A stretch of DNA of 64,000 bases from an uncultured Poribacteria bacterium (GCA_951812525.1 OX638316.1:1706630-1770629), one strand, 5' to 3'. Counted from the first letter of the stretch, positions 9,583-18,778 are shown. The notes: a model not told the origin generated them from the letters alone. Program-made: numbers and translations.

Positions 9583-10140
9583 CTAAAGATAGTATTTGCT
9601 CAGTTTCCGTTTGAGATTTTTCAATGCCTGATTCAATCGCGATGCAACTGTGCCTTCTGAACAATCCAAAACCTCGGCGATTTCTCGGTATTTCAGGTGT
9701 TGCATGTAGTACAGTGTGACCACTTCGCGCTGCTTCGGCGGCAACCAATTGATGGCACCTTGAACTATTTCGTTTTGTTCATCCTTAAGCACTGAACGCT
9801 CAGGCGCATCTTCGTCAGAAGCAGGACCGCCGATTTCAGCCTCTCTGGTATAAGCCGTAAGTTTATGATCGTGCGATTGTGACTTGCGGATATACTGCTG
9901 ACATGTGTTGATGCCGATACGATATAGCCAGGTCCCGAACTGCGATTGAAATCGAAATGCATTGATTGATTTGTATGCCTCTAAAAACGTTTCCTGTGTC
10001 GCGTCGGCGGCGTCTTCTCGATGACCGAGCATCCGGTAGGCAAGTCCATAGATTTTTGAATGATGCCGATTAACGAGCTCGTTAAATGCTTCAGCATCAC
10101 CTTCTACTGTTTTGTGTACGTACACATCATCAGGTATCAT
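9583..10140 (-). CDS. ECF-family RNA polymerase sigma-70 factor
   Basis: 185 aa. Region 2 reads DAADATQETFLEAYKSINAFR...FGTWLYRIGINTC. The region 4 helix-turn-helix reads YREIAEVLDCSEGTVASRLNQA. Confidence 0.9.
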   Translation of the reverse strand: MIPDDVYVHKTVEGDAEAFNELVNRHHSKIYGLAYRMLGHREDAADATQETFLEAYKSINAFRFQSQFGTWLYRIGINTCQQYIRKSQSHDHKLTAYTREAEIGGPASDEDAPERSVLKDEQNEIVQGAINWLPPKQREVVTLYYMQHLKYREIAEVLDCSEGTVASRLNQALKNLKRKLSKYYL

Positions 10141-10261
10141 GTCAAACTCACTTCTTTGATATGTTATTTGGTTTGTTGCATCCTAATTGATTTTTCTTCA
10201 TTTTTTTAATTTTTCGTTTTAGGAATGAAACGGGAAAGTCGTGAACTAATTTTTTGTCTGA

Positions 10262-10732
10262 TCATTGATTGTCCGGTGAACGCCATGCATTACAGTGTCC
10301 TGCAAAGCGTTTTAGTGCCCCGCTTTTAACGATAATTGCCTCTGGGCGCAGCACCGTGGCATAGGACGTGAGGAGCGCAATTGTGTCGAGCAGAGAGTTG
10401 TAACCTGACAAGCCAGAAATATCGATGTAAATTTTGCTGAACGGTTCATCAAGTTCAAGTGCCGCCCTGACATCGAAACCGTCAAGGACTTCAAAGTGGA
10501 GTTCAGGGTACATTTCTCTCGCACGTCCAATACATTTGGAGCTGATGTCTGTTCCGATAACTTTCTTGCACTGTGGGGCAATCAAGGTAGTCGTTGTTCC
10601 CCACTCGCACCCGATTTCCAACACAATGTCTTCAGCGTTTACCCAGACGGGGATCGTCTCTCGATACTCTTTAACCCCGCGGGTCGCAATGAAGTCGGTA
10701 TATCCCTCAAATATTTGATTATGGGTTGCCAT
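10262..10732 (-). CDS. Small class I SAM-dependent methyltransferase-like protein
   Basis: 156 aa with a motif I-like VLEIGCEWG followed by an acidic loop (GTDIS). Confidence 0.55.
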   Translation of the reverse strand: MATHNQIFEGYTDFIATRGVKEYRETIPVWVNAEDIVLEIGCEWGTTTTLIAPQCKKVIGTDISSKCIGRAREMYPELHFEVLDGFDVRAALELDEPFSKIYIDISGLSGYNSLLDTIALLTSYATVLRPEAIIVKSGALKRFAGHCNAWRSPDNQ

Positions 10733-10766
10733 AAACCTCTTTCTCTAACTTTGCCTGATTCTGTTT

Positions 10767-11318
10767 TTACTCGGTTTCGCACGTCTCACAAACTAAAGCA
10801 AAACGTTTGGTGCCGTTTGTTTCAAACTCTGTCTCGTAATCGTAGCTGACGGGTACATTTGATGCACCACACCAATCGCAGCGTCCATGGAAAGTGTGTG
10901 CTTTCTGTGCTAATAGTGCTTCCCTCTGATCCTCGACGCTTCGGGTAGCAGCGATAAGGTCGAGGGCGCGTTGACGTAACTTGGGATCGGTTTCTTCCTT
11001 AGCAATTCTTTCAAGAAGTGGTTGGAGTCGCGGGTCGTTCGGGTTTCCGCCGTCGTCAAGTGTATGCCACGCTGCTTTACGGACGCGTAAATCAGGGTCA
11101 ACTAAGCCTTTGTACAGTGCGACCCAGACTTTGTCTATGCTTTTCCGTACATGACAGGGACACAGATTGTCCATTGCCTCGACGCGGTCGTCTGGATTGG
11201 AAGAATAAGCGAGAGAGAGGTAGTATTCGACTTGGTCACCACGTAACCGGTTTTCACCGCGTTTGTGTGCTTTCCTCTGATGCTTGTTCATACCAAATTT
11301 TTTTCGCTTTGCCATCAA
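10767..11318 (-). CDS. Hypothetical HEAT-like repeat protein with a C-terminal Cys4 zinc-ribbon
   Basis: 183 aa. Very basic N-terminus, repeated D-P-x-x-R-V-R/A-type HEAT-like helices (DPDLRVRKAAWHTL, DPKLRQRALDLI) and a C-terminal CDWCG...CETCE. Confidence 0.45.
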   Translation of the reverse strand: MMAKRKKFGMNKHQRKAHKRGENRLRGDQVEYYLSLAYSSNPDDRVEAMDNLCPCHVRKSIDKVWVALYKGLVDPDLRVRKAAWHTLDDGGNPNDPRLQPLLERIAKEETDPKLRQRALDLIAATRSVEDQREALLAQKAHTFHGRCDWCGASNVPVSYDYETEFETNGTKRFALVCETCETE

Positions 11319-11397
11319 CTTCCTCCGATTTTAAATTATAGCAGAAGTGTTCCCGTTTTTTCCAGTTAATCAATAATGTAGCAGATCTCTCATAACC

Positions 11398-11742
11398 TTA
11401 TTCGTACTCTATTTCTTCAAGAATCTGCGCGATGATGGGTTGGAGCGTGGGTATTCGGTTCTTAAGGGTGTTCCAAACTATGGAGTAGTTAACATCAAAA
11501 TATGCATGAATAATCCGGTCCCGCATGCCTGCCATGTCCCGCCAAGGCACGTGTGGGTACTTTTGCCGAATAGGATCTGGAACATTCTTAGTTGCTTCGC
11601 CAATAATTTCAAGTTTTCGGACGACAGCAGAAGCGGTTTTATCATCAGCGACAAATGCATCAAAACCCATTCCTTCAACGAATGACTGCGCAGCAACCAT
11701 CGCTTCAAGAATATCCTTGAGATAAAGTCGGTAATTTCTCAT
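11398..11742 (-). CDS. hepT: HepT-like HEPN/DUF86 ribonuclease toxin (type VII toxin-antitoxin)
   Basis: 114 aa with the canonical Rx4H motif RDRIIHAYFDV. It overlaps the upstream MNT gene by 4 nt. Confidence 0.85.
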   Translation of the reverse strand: MRNYRLYLKDILEAMVAAQSFVEGMGFDAFVADDKTASAVVRKLEIIGEATKNVPDPIRQKYPHVPWRDMAGMRDRIIHAYFDVNYSIVWNTLKNRIPTLQPIIAQILEEIEYE

Positions 11743-12026
11743 AGATATATCGCATCGCTGAGTACGGAAGCACGCAGTTCCTCTCGGAGTGACTCGCGAG
11801 GCACAACATCTACCTTACACCCGAGTTTATCTTCAAAAAAATGTTGGAGGCCGACAATATCCAACAGATCGGCACCAGCATCCAAGTCCACTAAGAGATC
11901 CAGATCGCTGTTGGTATGAAAATCTCCGCGTGCATACGAACCGAAGATAGCTTTGACTTGCGCTTTGTATTGCTTGCGAATTTCGTCTTTTTCTTCTGTG
12001 ACTATTTTTTTTACTTTCTCAAGCAT
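11739..12026 (-). CDS. mntA: MntA-like minimal nucleotidyltransferase antitoxin
   Basis: 95 aa with the GS...D-x-D signature FGSYARGDFHTNSDLDLLVD. It lies immediately upstream of, and overlaps, the HEPN gene. Confidence 0.85.
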   Translation of the reverse strand: MLEKVKKIVTEEKDEIRKQYKAQVKAIFGSYARGDFHTNSDLDLLVDLDAGADLLDIVGLQHFFEDKLGCKVDVVPRESLREELRASVLSDAIYL

Positions 12027-12066
12027 GACGAAACTCCTTTGAAAAACGGAGAACTCGGGATCTAAC

Positions 12067-13374
12067 CTACCATTTTGTGCTGTTCACCAGTTCTTCAACT
12101 TCGTCGATTTCTTTTGGAACTCCACCCGTTAGCACTTCGCAACCCGTTTCGGTGATGAGGATATCATCCTCTATGCGAACACCGATGCCCAGGTATTCGG
12201 GTGGGACATTCTCCGTATCATCGGCGACATAGAGACCGGGTTCAATTGTCATCACCATACCCGGTTGGAAGGTTTTGAAATCGCCGTTTGCGTCGTGGAC
12301 ACAATTGACATCGTGCACGTCTAAACCGAGCATGTGCCCGATCCTATACATATAAAACTCCCGGTATGCCTCTTTCTTTATTAATTTTTTCGTTTTCCCT
12401 TTTAGCAGACCAAGACTGAGCATACTTTCCGTTAACAATTCAATCGATTTCTGATGCGGTTCGTCAATGGAAACTCCCGGACGGATAGCGTCGATGATAG
12501 CATTGTGTGCATCAAGGACGAGTTGATAGATCTCTCTCTGCGCCTCGGTAAACGTGCCATTTGCGGGGAAAGTACGGGTCACGTCGCCGCTGTACCGTTC
12601 ATATTCAGCACCTGCGTCAATGAGAACAAGTGATTCGTCTTTGATTTGGCAGTCATTTGTTGTGTAATGGAGTATTGTCGCGTTTCCACCACTCGCAACG
12701 ATGGTCGGAAAGGCTGGACCCTGCGCACCGTTCATGCGGAACGTGGACTCAACGAGTGCTTCCAAGTCGTATTCATATATTCCCGGTTTCACTGCCTTCA
12801 TTGCTGCGACATGACCGGCTACTGTAATCTCAGTTGCCATTTGGATGCGTTGCAGTTCCGTCTCATTTTTGATTAACCGCAACTCGCTGAGAATAGGGCT
12901 TGGGTCAACTAAGGTGTCAAGTCCTTGACCGGAGCGAATTCGAGACCTGACAGACCCGGTAAAGAGCGAGAGGATTTCGCCGTCAACGTCTTCATTGGAA
13001 CCGAGGGTGTAGTAAAGTCTCTCGGCACCCTCCAAGTATTTCCCAATTTTCTCACCGAATTTCTCGATCGAATAAGCCTTATCGGCACCATAGCGTTTAC
13101 GAGCATCCTTAACACCGACACGCTTGCCATTCCAGATTTCTGCCTGTTTGTCCTTTGGACGAACGAATAGAATATATTGGTGTTTCGGATGATCAGGTGC
13201 GATGACACAAATTGATTCCGGTTCTTCAAAACCTGTGAGATAATAAAAATTCGGATCCGGTCGGTAGACATACTCGGTGTCGTGGTTCCATGCTGCAGGC
13301 GGTTTACTCGCGAAGATGGCGACCCCACCACGTCCCATTTTTTCAATAAAGGCTTTACGATTCTGTTCGTGCAA
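12067..13374 (-). CDS. pepP: Xaa-Pro aminopeptidase (M24B family)
   Basis: 435 aa. It has an aminopeptidase-P N-terminal domain and pita-bread metal ligands in DAGAEYERYSGDVTRTFP, GHMLGLDVHD, EPGLY and VRIEDD. Confidence 0.85.
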   Translation of the reverse strand: MHEQNRKAFIEKMGRGGVAIFASKPPAAWNHDTEYVYRPDPNFYYLTGFEEPESICVIAPDHPKHQYILFVRPKDKQAEIWNGKRVGVKDARKRYGADKAYSIEKFGEKIGKYLEGAERLYYTLGSNEDVDGEILSLFTGSVRSRIRSGQGLDTLVDPSPILSELRLIKNETELQRIQMATEITVAGHVAAMKAVKPGIYEYDLEALVESTFRMNGAQGPAFPTIVASGGNATILHYTTNDCQIKDESLVLIDAGAEYERYSGDVTRTFPANGTFTEAQREIYQLVLDAHNAIIDAIRPGVSIDEPHQKSIELLTESMLSLGLLKGKTKKLIKKEAYREFYMYRIGHMLGLDVHDVNCVHDANGDFKTFQPGMVMTIEPGLYVADDTENVPPEYLGIGVRIEDDILITETGCEVLTGGVPKEIDEVEELVNSTKW

Positions 13375-13414
13375 ACTGTTTCCTCCTCATGAAGATCAGG
13401 TGTTTGCGTAAGTC

Positions 13415-14410
13415 CTACTGCAGATACTCAATCGGTGTGCCGATTTTGCCAATAATACCGCCGCTTGCTACCATCGGATAGATGGGCTTTGCCCAGAAGA
13501 TACCTTCTACTGGTGACCGGATGGACTCCCGCACATTTCCAAATACATCTCGAATGTCAGCAATGGGTTGGTACGCCGCTACCTGATCATACAATTTCGC
13601 TCTGTAATAGACAAACCCACCTTCATTACTCAGAAGTGGCACGAATTGTTTGACGACAATTTGCTGTTCCGGCACCTGCGGTGTACCATCAATGAAGTGA
13701 TAGTGTTGCAGGACATTGCGTACGCCGCGGACCCCTTTTTCGATACTTGCTGCGTCCCAACCGTGGGTTCCACCCAATTCCGGATCGATTGTTGGGATGC
13801 CGAGTTCCGGGGCAGCCTGTGCAAGTTGACCTTTTGGTCCCTTCTGATTGAGGATATACCCGATACCGAAGATGCGCGCAAGTTCAAGGCAGGCACCGTG
13901 GAGTGTATGTTTTTCGTCAACACGAACGCGGACCTCGTCAATCATCGGATGTACGCCGCCTTGGTGCAGGTCGAGGCAATAATCTGCCTGCTTTATGGCA
14001 CGCCGAAAGAGGTGATAAGCTATTCGTTCACTTGAAGTGCCATCGCGTCTGCCCGGAAAACAGCGGTTCATTTTCCGATTGTCCACAGGATTGAGTGCCT
14101 GCTTGGTGTGAAAGGCATGAACGTTGACAAGCGGCACTGCGATGATCTTACCGCGCAACTGTTCTGGTACTATGGTCTGGAGAACTTTGTGAATAACAGC
14201 GATTCCGTTGAGTTCATCTCCATCGCTAATCGCTTGGATATAGAGCGTTTTGCCCGGGTACCTCCCGTTGATTAGCACGACCGGCAGTCGAACCGCCGTT
14301 CCATCTGGCATGCTTCCGACTTTCAGACGCCCTTCCATTCGAGTTCCGGGTTCGGCGACTAATTGTCCGACCACCAGTTTGCTACTGTGAATGTTGTTCC
14401 TCATGAGCAT
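13415..14410 (-). CDS. Succinylglutamate desuccinylase/aspartoacylase (AstE/AspA, M14-like) family protein
   Basis: The track ORF extends to 14479. The ATG at 14410 (MLMRNNIH) is the more plausible start. The family-like core reads LYIQAISDGDELNG ... DLHQGG. Note DGDE where the family usually has HG(N/D)E. Confidence 0.65.
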   Translation of the reverse strand: MLMRNNIHSSKLVVGQLVAEPGTRMEGRLKVGSMPDGTAVRLPVVLINGRYPGKTLYIQAISDGDELNGIAVIHKVLQTIVPEQLRGKIIAVPLVNVHAFHTKQALNPVDNRKMNRCFPGRRDGTSSERIAYHLFRRAIKQADYCLDLHQGGVHPMIDEVRVRVDEKHTLHGACLELARIFGIGYILNQKGPKGQLAQAAPELGIPTIDPELGGTHGWDAASIEKGVRGVRNVLQHYHFIDGTPQVPEQQIVVKQFVPLLSNEGGFVYYRAKLYDQVAAYQPIADIRDVFGNVRESIRSPVEGIFWAKPIYPMVASGGIIGKIGTPIEYLQ

Positions 14411-14571
14411 TATTTTAGCACAGTTAGTGAAAAGAATCAAATCATTTGTCAAGTGGTACGCGCATTTTATCGGTAACAAGGCTTAAAACAAAAGGCAGAA
14501 GAGACCCATCAGTGGAATAGGTCATTCAGTTTTAAGAAATTATTAGGTTTAACGCGCTCTTTTGTCAGGCC

Positions 14572-14597
14572 GGCACGGTTAGGAAACCGTGCCTACC
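14572..14597. repeat. REP-like hairpin element, copy a
   Basis: GGCACGGTT-AGGA-AACCGTGCC (9 bp stem, 4 nt loop) followed by TACC and preceded by TTGTCAGG. It sits between divergent genes, so it is not a terminator here. Confidence 0.7.
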
Positions 14598-14725
14598 GGG
14601 TTGTAGGAGTAAAAAAGCATGAGATATACTCACAGATATAAAGTAAATATATAAACAAAGGACCCTAATCAGTGGGGATTAAGAACTTGATTTCAAGACA
14701 TTTTTTTGGTAAACTTATATGTATC

Positions 14726-15415
14726 ATGAACACCGAAAACCAAAAAAAGATTGCTGCAGAAAAAGCGACAGAGAGCGTCAAGTCTGGCATGATTGTCGGA
14801 TTGGGGACGGGTTCTACTGTCTATTATGCGCTCCTGAAACTCGGCGATATGGTTCGAGAAGGGCTTAATATCGTTGGTATTCCAACGTCCGCTGGCACCG
14901 AAGAAATTGCGATTGCACAACAGATACCCCTCACAACACTTGCTACCCATTCTACCATCGACCTGACTATTGACGGTGCCGATGAAGTTGACGCACACCT
15001 CAACCTAATCAAGGGCGGCGGTGCTGCGCTGGTCAGAGAGAAGATCATCGCGAATGCGTCTAAACGGATATTGATTGTTGTTGATGAAAGCAAGGTCTCG
15101 CGCGTCCTCGGTACAACCTTCCCGCTTCCGGTGGAAATTGTACGGTTCGGGTGGGAGGCAACACGAACAGAGGTCAACCGGATTTGTGGGCGTTCTACCC
15201 TACGCCTCGCGTCTGGACAGGACGGAAATCAGCAACCGCTCATTACTGACAACGGGAACTATATCCTTGACTGCCACTTTGATGGCATTCCTGTTCCGGA
15301 GCAGATCGAGTTGCAATTGAATAACATTCCGGGTGTGGTGGAAAACGGAATTTTTGTCAATCGCGCTGACAAAGTTATCATTGGTACACCTTCCGGCATT
15401 CGGTACATGGAGTGA
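14726..15415 (+). CDS. rpiA: Ribose-5-phosphate isomerase A
   Basis: Conserved motifs GLGTGST, DGADEVD and KGGGAALVREK. The track ORF starts at 14672, but the ATG at 14726 (MNTENQKK) matches the usual RpiA length. Confidence 0.9.
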   Translation: MNTENQKKIAAEKATESVKSGMIVGLGTGSTVYYALLKLGDMVREGLNIVGIPTSAGTEEIAIAQQIPLTTLATHSTIDLTIDGADEVDAHLNLIKGGGAALVREKIIANASKRILIVVDESKVSRVLGTTFPLPVEIVRFGWEATRTEVNRICGRSTLRLASGQDGNQQPLITDNGNYILDCHFDGIPVPEQIELQLNNIPGVVENGIFVNRADKVIIGTPSGIRYME

Positions 15416-15419
15416 CGCA

Positions 15420-16307
15420 ATGCGGAGACCCTTGTGCTTGCTCTTGCTACTCGTTTTTGTATCTATAACGACCTACGATTTTGCTAACGGTGAGGTATTT
15501 ACCGAGAGTGGGTTAGTGGATATTCCCACCGGTGCGGTGCTGGAACACGGCATATTCGGGGCAGGTACATTCGTTGCTTTTCGGCAGAGTGCAGTGACAT
15601 CGGGGTTACAAACCTCTCCTACGAACTTGGGTGATGCTGTTGCAATTCGTCTTAACTTTGGATTGTTCGATCGGGTTGAAGTAGGACTGGGGCACGTATG
15701 GAATGCGTATGAATCTGAACTTTCCACTGAGCAGGCTGCGAGTTTGAAGGTCCAATTCTTAAAAGAGCAAGAGGCTGGTGCAACTCCGAGTATCGCTGTG
15801 GGTGTTGAATATCTTGGTGGTGGGCTTCTCACGTCGGAATTGGAGGAGAATGAGGTGCTGCCGTCAGTGTTTTTGGCTGTCAGTAAAACCTTTAATCTGC
15901 CGCGTATTCACCAATTTTCCGGTCATATTGGTATTGGTACGCAGCGATTTGCATTCGGTGAAAGCCCTGTAGGCGTATTTGTCGGTCTGAGTAAGGAATT
16001 CCAACCCGCCTTTGCGCGAGGGGACATCACGATGAGTCTGGAGTTTGATGGATCTGGTGCGAATGTCGGTATGCGATATGTTGCCTCAAGCGGACTTCAG
16101 GTTGCACTCGGTGCTGAGACGCTAAATGATCCGGATGCGTTACGCTATCTTGCGTCCGTTTCATGGACGAATGAACGCTTGCTTGAACAAATTGATGAAA
16201 CGAGGCGGCTGATTCAGCGCGCCACACAGCTTGCGGTTGAGGCAAAGCGTGCTATTACCGAGAAAAAAGAGAGAAATAAAACTACTGAGCCGCCGGCATC
16301 TCAATAG
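15420..16307 (+). CDS. Hypothetical secreted/envelope protein (possible beta-barrel) with a C-terminal coiled coil
   Basis: The ATG at 15420 gives the signal peptide MRRPLCLLLLLVFVSITTYDFANG. The body shows an alternating hydrophobic beta-strand-like pattern and the tail is charged and helical. No family recognised. Confidence 0.5.
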   Translation: MRRPLCLLLLLVFVSITTYDFANGEVFTESGLVDIPTGAVLEHGIFGAGTFVAFRQSAVTSGLQTSPTNLGDAVAIRLNFGLFDRVEVGLGHVWNAYESELSTEQAASLKVQFLKEQEAGATPSIAVGVEYLGGGLLTSELEENEVLPSVFLAVSKTFNLPRIHQFSGHIGIGTQRFAFGESPVGVFVGLSKEFQPAFARGDITMSLEFDGSGANVGMRYVASSGLQVALGAETLNDPDALRYLASVSWTNERLLEQIDETRRLIQRATQLAVEAKRAITEKKERNKTTEPPASQ

Positions 16308-17184
16308 ATGTCATCACTTTCTGGAGCGAAGTCAGGAGTTCGGATAAAAAATCTTGAGGTGGCACGAGTATAATTTCGATTCTCCGGTTTTTCGCCTTTG
16401 CTTCCGGTGTATCGGTGGTATCTATCGGTTGGTAGAAGGCGTATCCGGTCGCTGCTAAACGTTGCGCATCGACACCAGCGTTTACCTGCAAGTATTTCAC
16501 GGCGGCGATTGCGCGTTCGGTTGAGAGGTTCCAATTTCGGAGTTCGGAACCGCCAATGGGTGCATTATCTGTGTGCCCCTCGACCCGCACGGCGTAATCT
16601 GCGTAATTAGTATTTAGCAGGACCTCTTCAGCAATCGCGTCTAAAAGCATCTTTCCCTCTGAACTCAGCGTAGCCTTTCCTGTTTCAAAGAGGATTTTCC
16701 CTTTTACATCAAGTTTTAGCCGTCCTGCATCGTCTAACACTGCCCCGACAGTATCCTTAAATTTATCTTGGATAGCGGTGATTGACCGTTGTGATTGGAC
16801 GCGAATTCGTTGTAATTCCGATTCAATCTCGGTCAATTTTGCGCGTAGGTTCTCTTTTTCGCTTTCGAGCGCATTTTTATCGTGTTGAAGGGTGTTCCGC
16901 TCAGCAGCGATTTTCCGAGCCGCTTCGCTTGCGTTTTGTAATATTTCTTGGGTTTGGCTGAGTTCTGAACGCGTTTTCGCCACCGTCGCTTTGGTTTCGG
17001 TTAATTCTCTCTCCAGACCGGCTTTGGCAGTTTCAGTCGTCTGCAAGGTCGTTTTAGTAGCAGACAGTTCAGTCTGTGTCTGTTTGAGTGTGTTGGAGGT
17101 CGAATACAACAGCACGGCTAAAACGATCGCCGCGAGACCGGCAGCGCAGATGGCTGCGATTGCAAGGATCTTATTTTTAGGCAT
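16282..17184 (-). CDS. OmpA/MotB-domain protein with an N-terminal membrane anchor and a long coiled coil
   Basis: 300 aa. The OmpA-like peptidoglycan-binding core reads VRVEGHTDNAPIGG...NWNLSTERAIAAVKYL...NRRIEIILVP. Confidence 0.8.
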   Translation of the reverse strand: MPKNKILAIAAICAAGLAAIVLAVLLYSTSNTLKQTQTELSATKTTLQTTETAKAGLERELTETKATVAKTRSELSQTQEILQNASEAARKIAAERNTLQHDKNALESEKENLRAKLTEIESELQRIRVQSQRSITAIQDKFKDTVGAVLDDAGRLKLDVKGKILFETGKATLSSEGKMLLDAIAEEVLLNTNYADYAVRVEGHTDNAPIGGSELRNWNLSTERAIAAVKYLQVNAGVDAQRLAATGYAFYQPIDTTDTPEAKAKNRRIEIILVPPQDFLSELLTSLQKVMTSIEMPAAQ

Positions 17185-17482
17185 TTAGTTCTCCTTGTAG
17201 GCTCAAGATAGCCTCAAAGTTGTCATTTTTTGATGTTTTATTTTTTTTTTCTATGCCGCAGGTAGTGCAGCGGTGGGTAAGGATATAGTCGCCGTGTTTT
17301 ATGGTGAACCCGACCGGTTCCATCAAGCCGCGACAGGCTGCCGAACGGTCGCCCGGGTTGACATCGACGTGTCGGCTCCAGAGACATTCAGGACAGTGGT
17401 TGGTGTAGCCGTCTCCTTTGACGGCAGTGCCACAGTATGCGCAGGTGAAATCTTCGATGTTACGTTGGAATCTTTTGTTCAC
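17177..17482 (-). CDS. RNHCP domain-containing zinc-binding protein
   Basis: 101 aa with CAYCG...TNHCPECLWSRHVD...CRG...CTTCG. The literal NHCP motif and Cys pattern match the RNHCP family. Confidence 0.7.
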   Translation of the reverse strand: MNKRFQRNIEDFTCAYCGTAVKGDGYTNHCPECLWSRHVDVNPGDRSAACRGLMEPVGFTIKHGDYILTHRCTTCGIEKKNKTSKNDNFEAILSLQGELNA

Positions 17483-17539
17483 TGGGACACTCCGGAGCCT
17501 ATTTTTCGTGCTATGGTCCGCCGGTGGGTCGATTAATAA

Positions 17540-18778
17540 TCATAGTTCCGCCCGCGTCATAAAGGTTGCGTAGATGGCAGAAGTCCTGACAAGATCGGGG
17601 ATATTCACACGTTCATTTATGGCATGTCCGCCCTCGCCGCTCGGTCCATACCCAACGCCAGGTAAGCCTGTATTGACGAAATAGTGCAAGTCTGTAAATC
17701 CTGTAGTGCCCCTGAATCGCGGTTGATTGAAACGAATAGTCCGTACTGCATCGGCAAACGCTTGTGCTATCGGTGAAGCGGTGTCTGTTAAGCACGGCTC
17801 AATTCGCAAGATGGCACGCGCCTCTGCTTTCAAATCTGGGTAGTACTGACAGGCACCGGAAATCGCCTCTCGCAATTCGAGTTCGACAAATTCGAGTTCC
17901 TCGTTCGGGGTAATCCGTCGGTCGATTGAAAACGTGACACGCGCTGGGACGGTGTTAACTTTGTCCCCATCAGTTCCGCGGAATGTTCCACCGATGTTCA
18001 GTGTCGGATAACGATCGCTGCCATCAAGGAGTTTAAATGCGCGCTCTGGCGATTTAAGGTTCCGTTTAACACGCTGTAGTGCTGTCACGAGTTCGGCAGC
18101 CTTTTCAAAGGCGTTTATGCCCTTATCTGGTTGTGCGCCGTGTGCCGCTTTGCCTTCAACATCAATCTCTAACCAGAGTACGCCGTTGTGTCCGTTGCCG
18201 ATGTTCATCTCTGAACCGCCTTCGCAGTTGACGACGTAGTCGGCATGCACTAATCCTTCTTCGACAATATATCCCGCTCCCAACTGCCCACCGGTCTCTT
18301 CATCACACGTGAAGGAACATTCAATATTGAACTGCGGTTTAGTACCGGTCTGTTGAATAGTTTCAATTGCAAAAAGGAGTGCAGCAATAGCATCTTTCAT
18401 GTCGTCAGCACCGCGTCCATATAACCATTCTCCGTCAATCTCCCCACTGAACGGATTATTGAAACGCCAATCCCCAGCCACCGGAACCACGTCGTAGTGT
18501 GCGTTAAAATGCACCGTTTTTTCTGCACCGACATCCCAGCGCGCAATGAGATTCAATCGCGGGTGCGTCTCGGCGTTTGAAATAACCTGTTCTGCCCGAC
18601 TTGTTGGGACCTCAGCAATCTGTGTTTGCATCCCTAATGCTTGGCACTTCGCATCCAGTAGCCCAACAATCTCGGCATAGTTTTCACCGGGCGGATTGAC
18701 CGTTGGAATCCTGACGAGTTCCTGCAACAATGCACAAAGTGCTGTTTGATTGTCTTTGATATAGGTTTGAACAGACAT
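17540..18778 (-). CDS. M20 family metallopeptidase (ArgE/DapE/acetylornithine deacetylase-like)
   Basis: 412 aa with HFNAHYDVVP, GRGADDMKDA and CDEETGG metal-binding motifs. Confidence 0.85.
   Translation of the reverse strand: MSVQTYIKDNQTALCALLQELVRIPTVNPPGENYAEIVGLLDAKCQALGMQTQIAEVPTSRAEQVISNAETHPRLNLIARWDVGAEKTVHFNAHYDVVPVAGDWRFNNPFSGEIDGEWLYGRGADDMKDAIAALLFAIETIQQTGTKPQFNIECSFTCDEETGGQLGAGYIVEEGLVHADYVVNCEGGSEMNIGNGHNGVLWLEIDVEGKAAHGAQPDKGINAFEKAAELVTALQRVKRNLKSPERAFKLLDGSDRYPTLNIGGTFRGTDGDKVNTVPARVTFSIDRRITPNEELEFVELELREAISGACQYYPDLKAEARAILRIEPCLTDTASPIAQAFADAVRTIRFNQPRFRGTTGFTDLHYFVNTGLPGVGYGPSGEGGHAINERVNIPDLVRTSAIYATFMTRAEL

Noticed and set aside
16282-16307. A 26-nt overlap of the 3' ends of convergent genes (15420..16307 plus strand and 16282..17184 minus strand).
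   Set aside because: Both stops are real in the sequence, and short convergent overlaps occur in compact genomes. I found no associated structure or motif, so I recorded it only as a curiosity.
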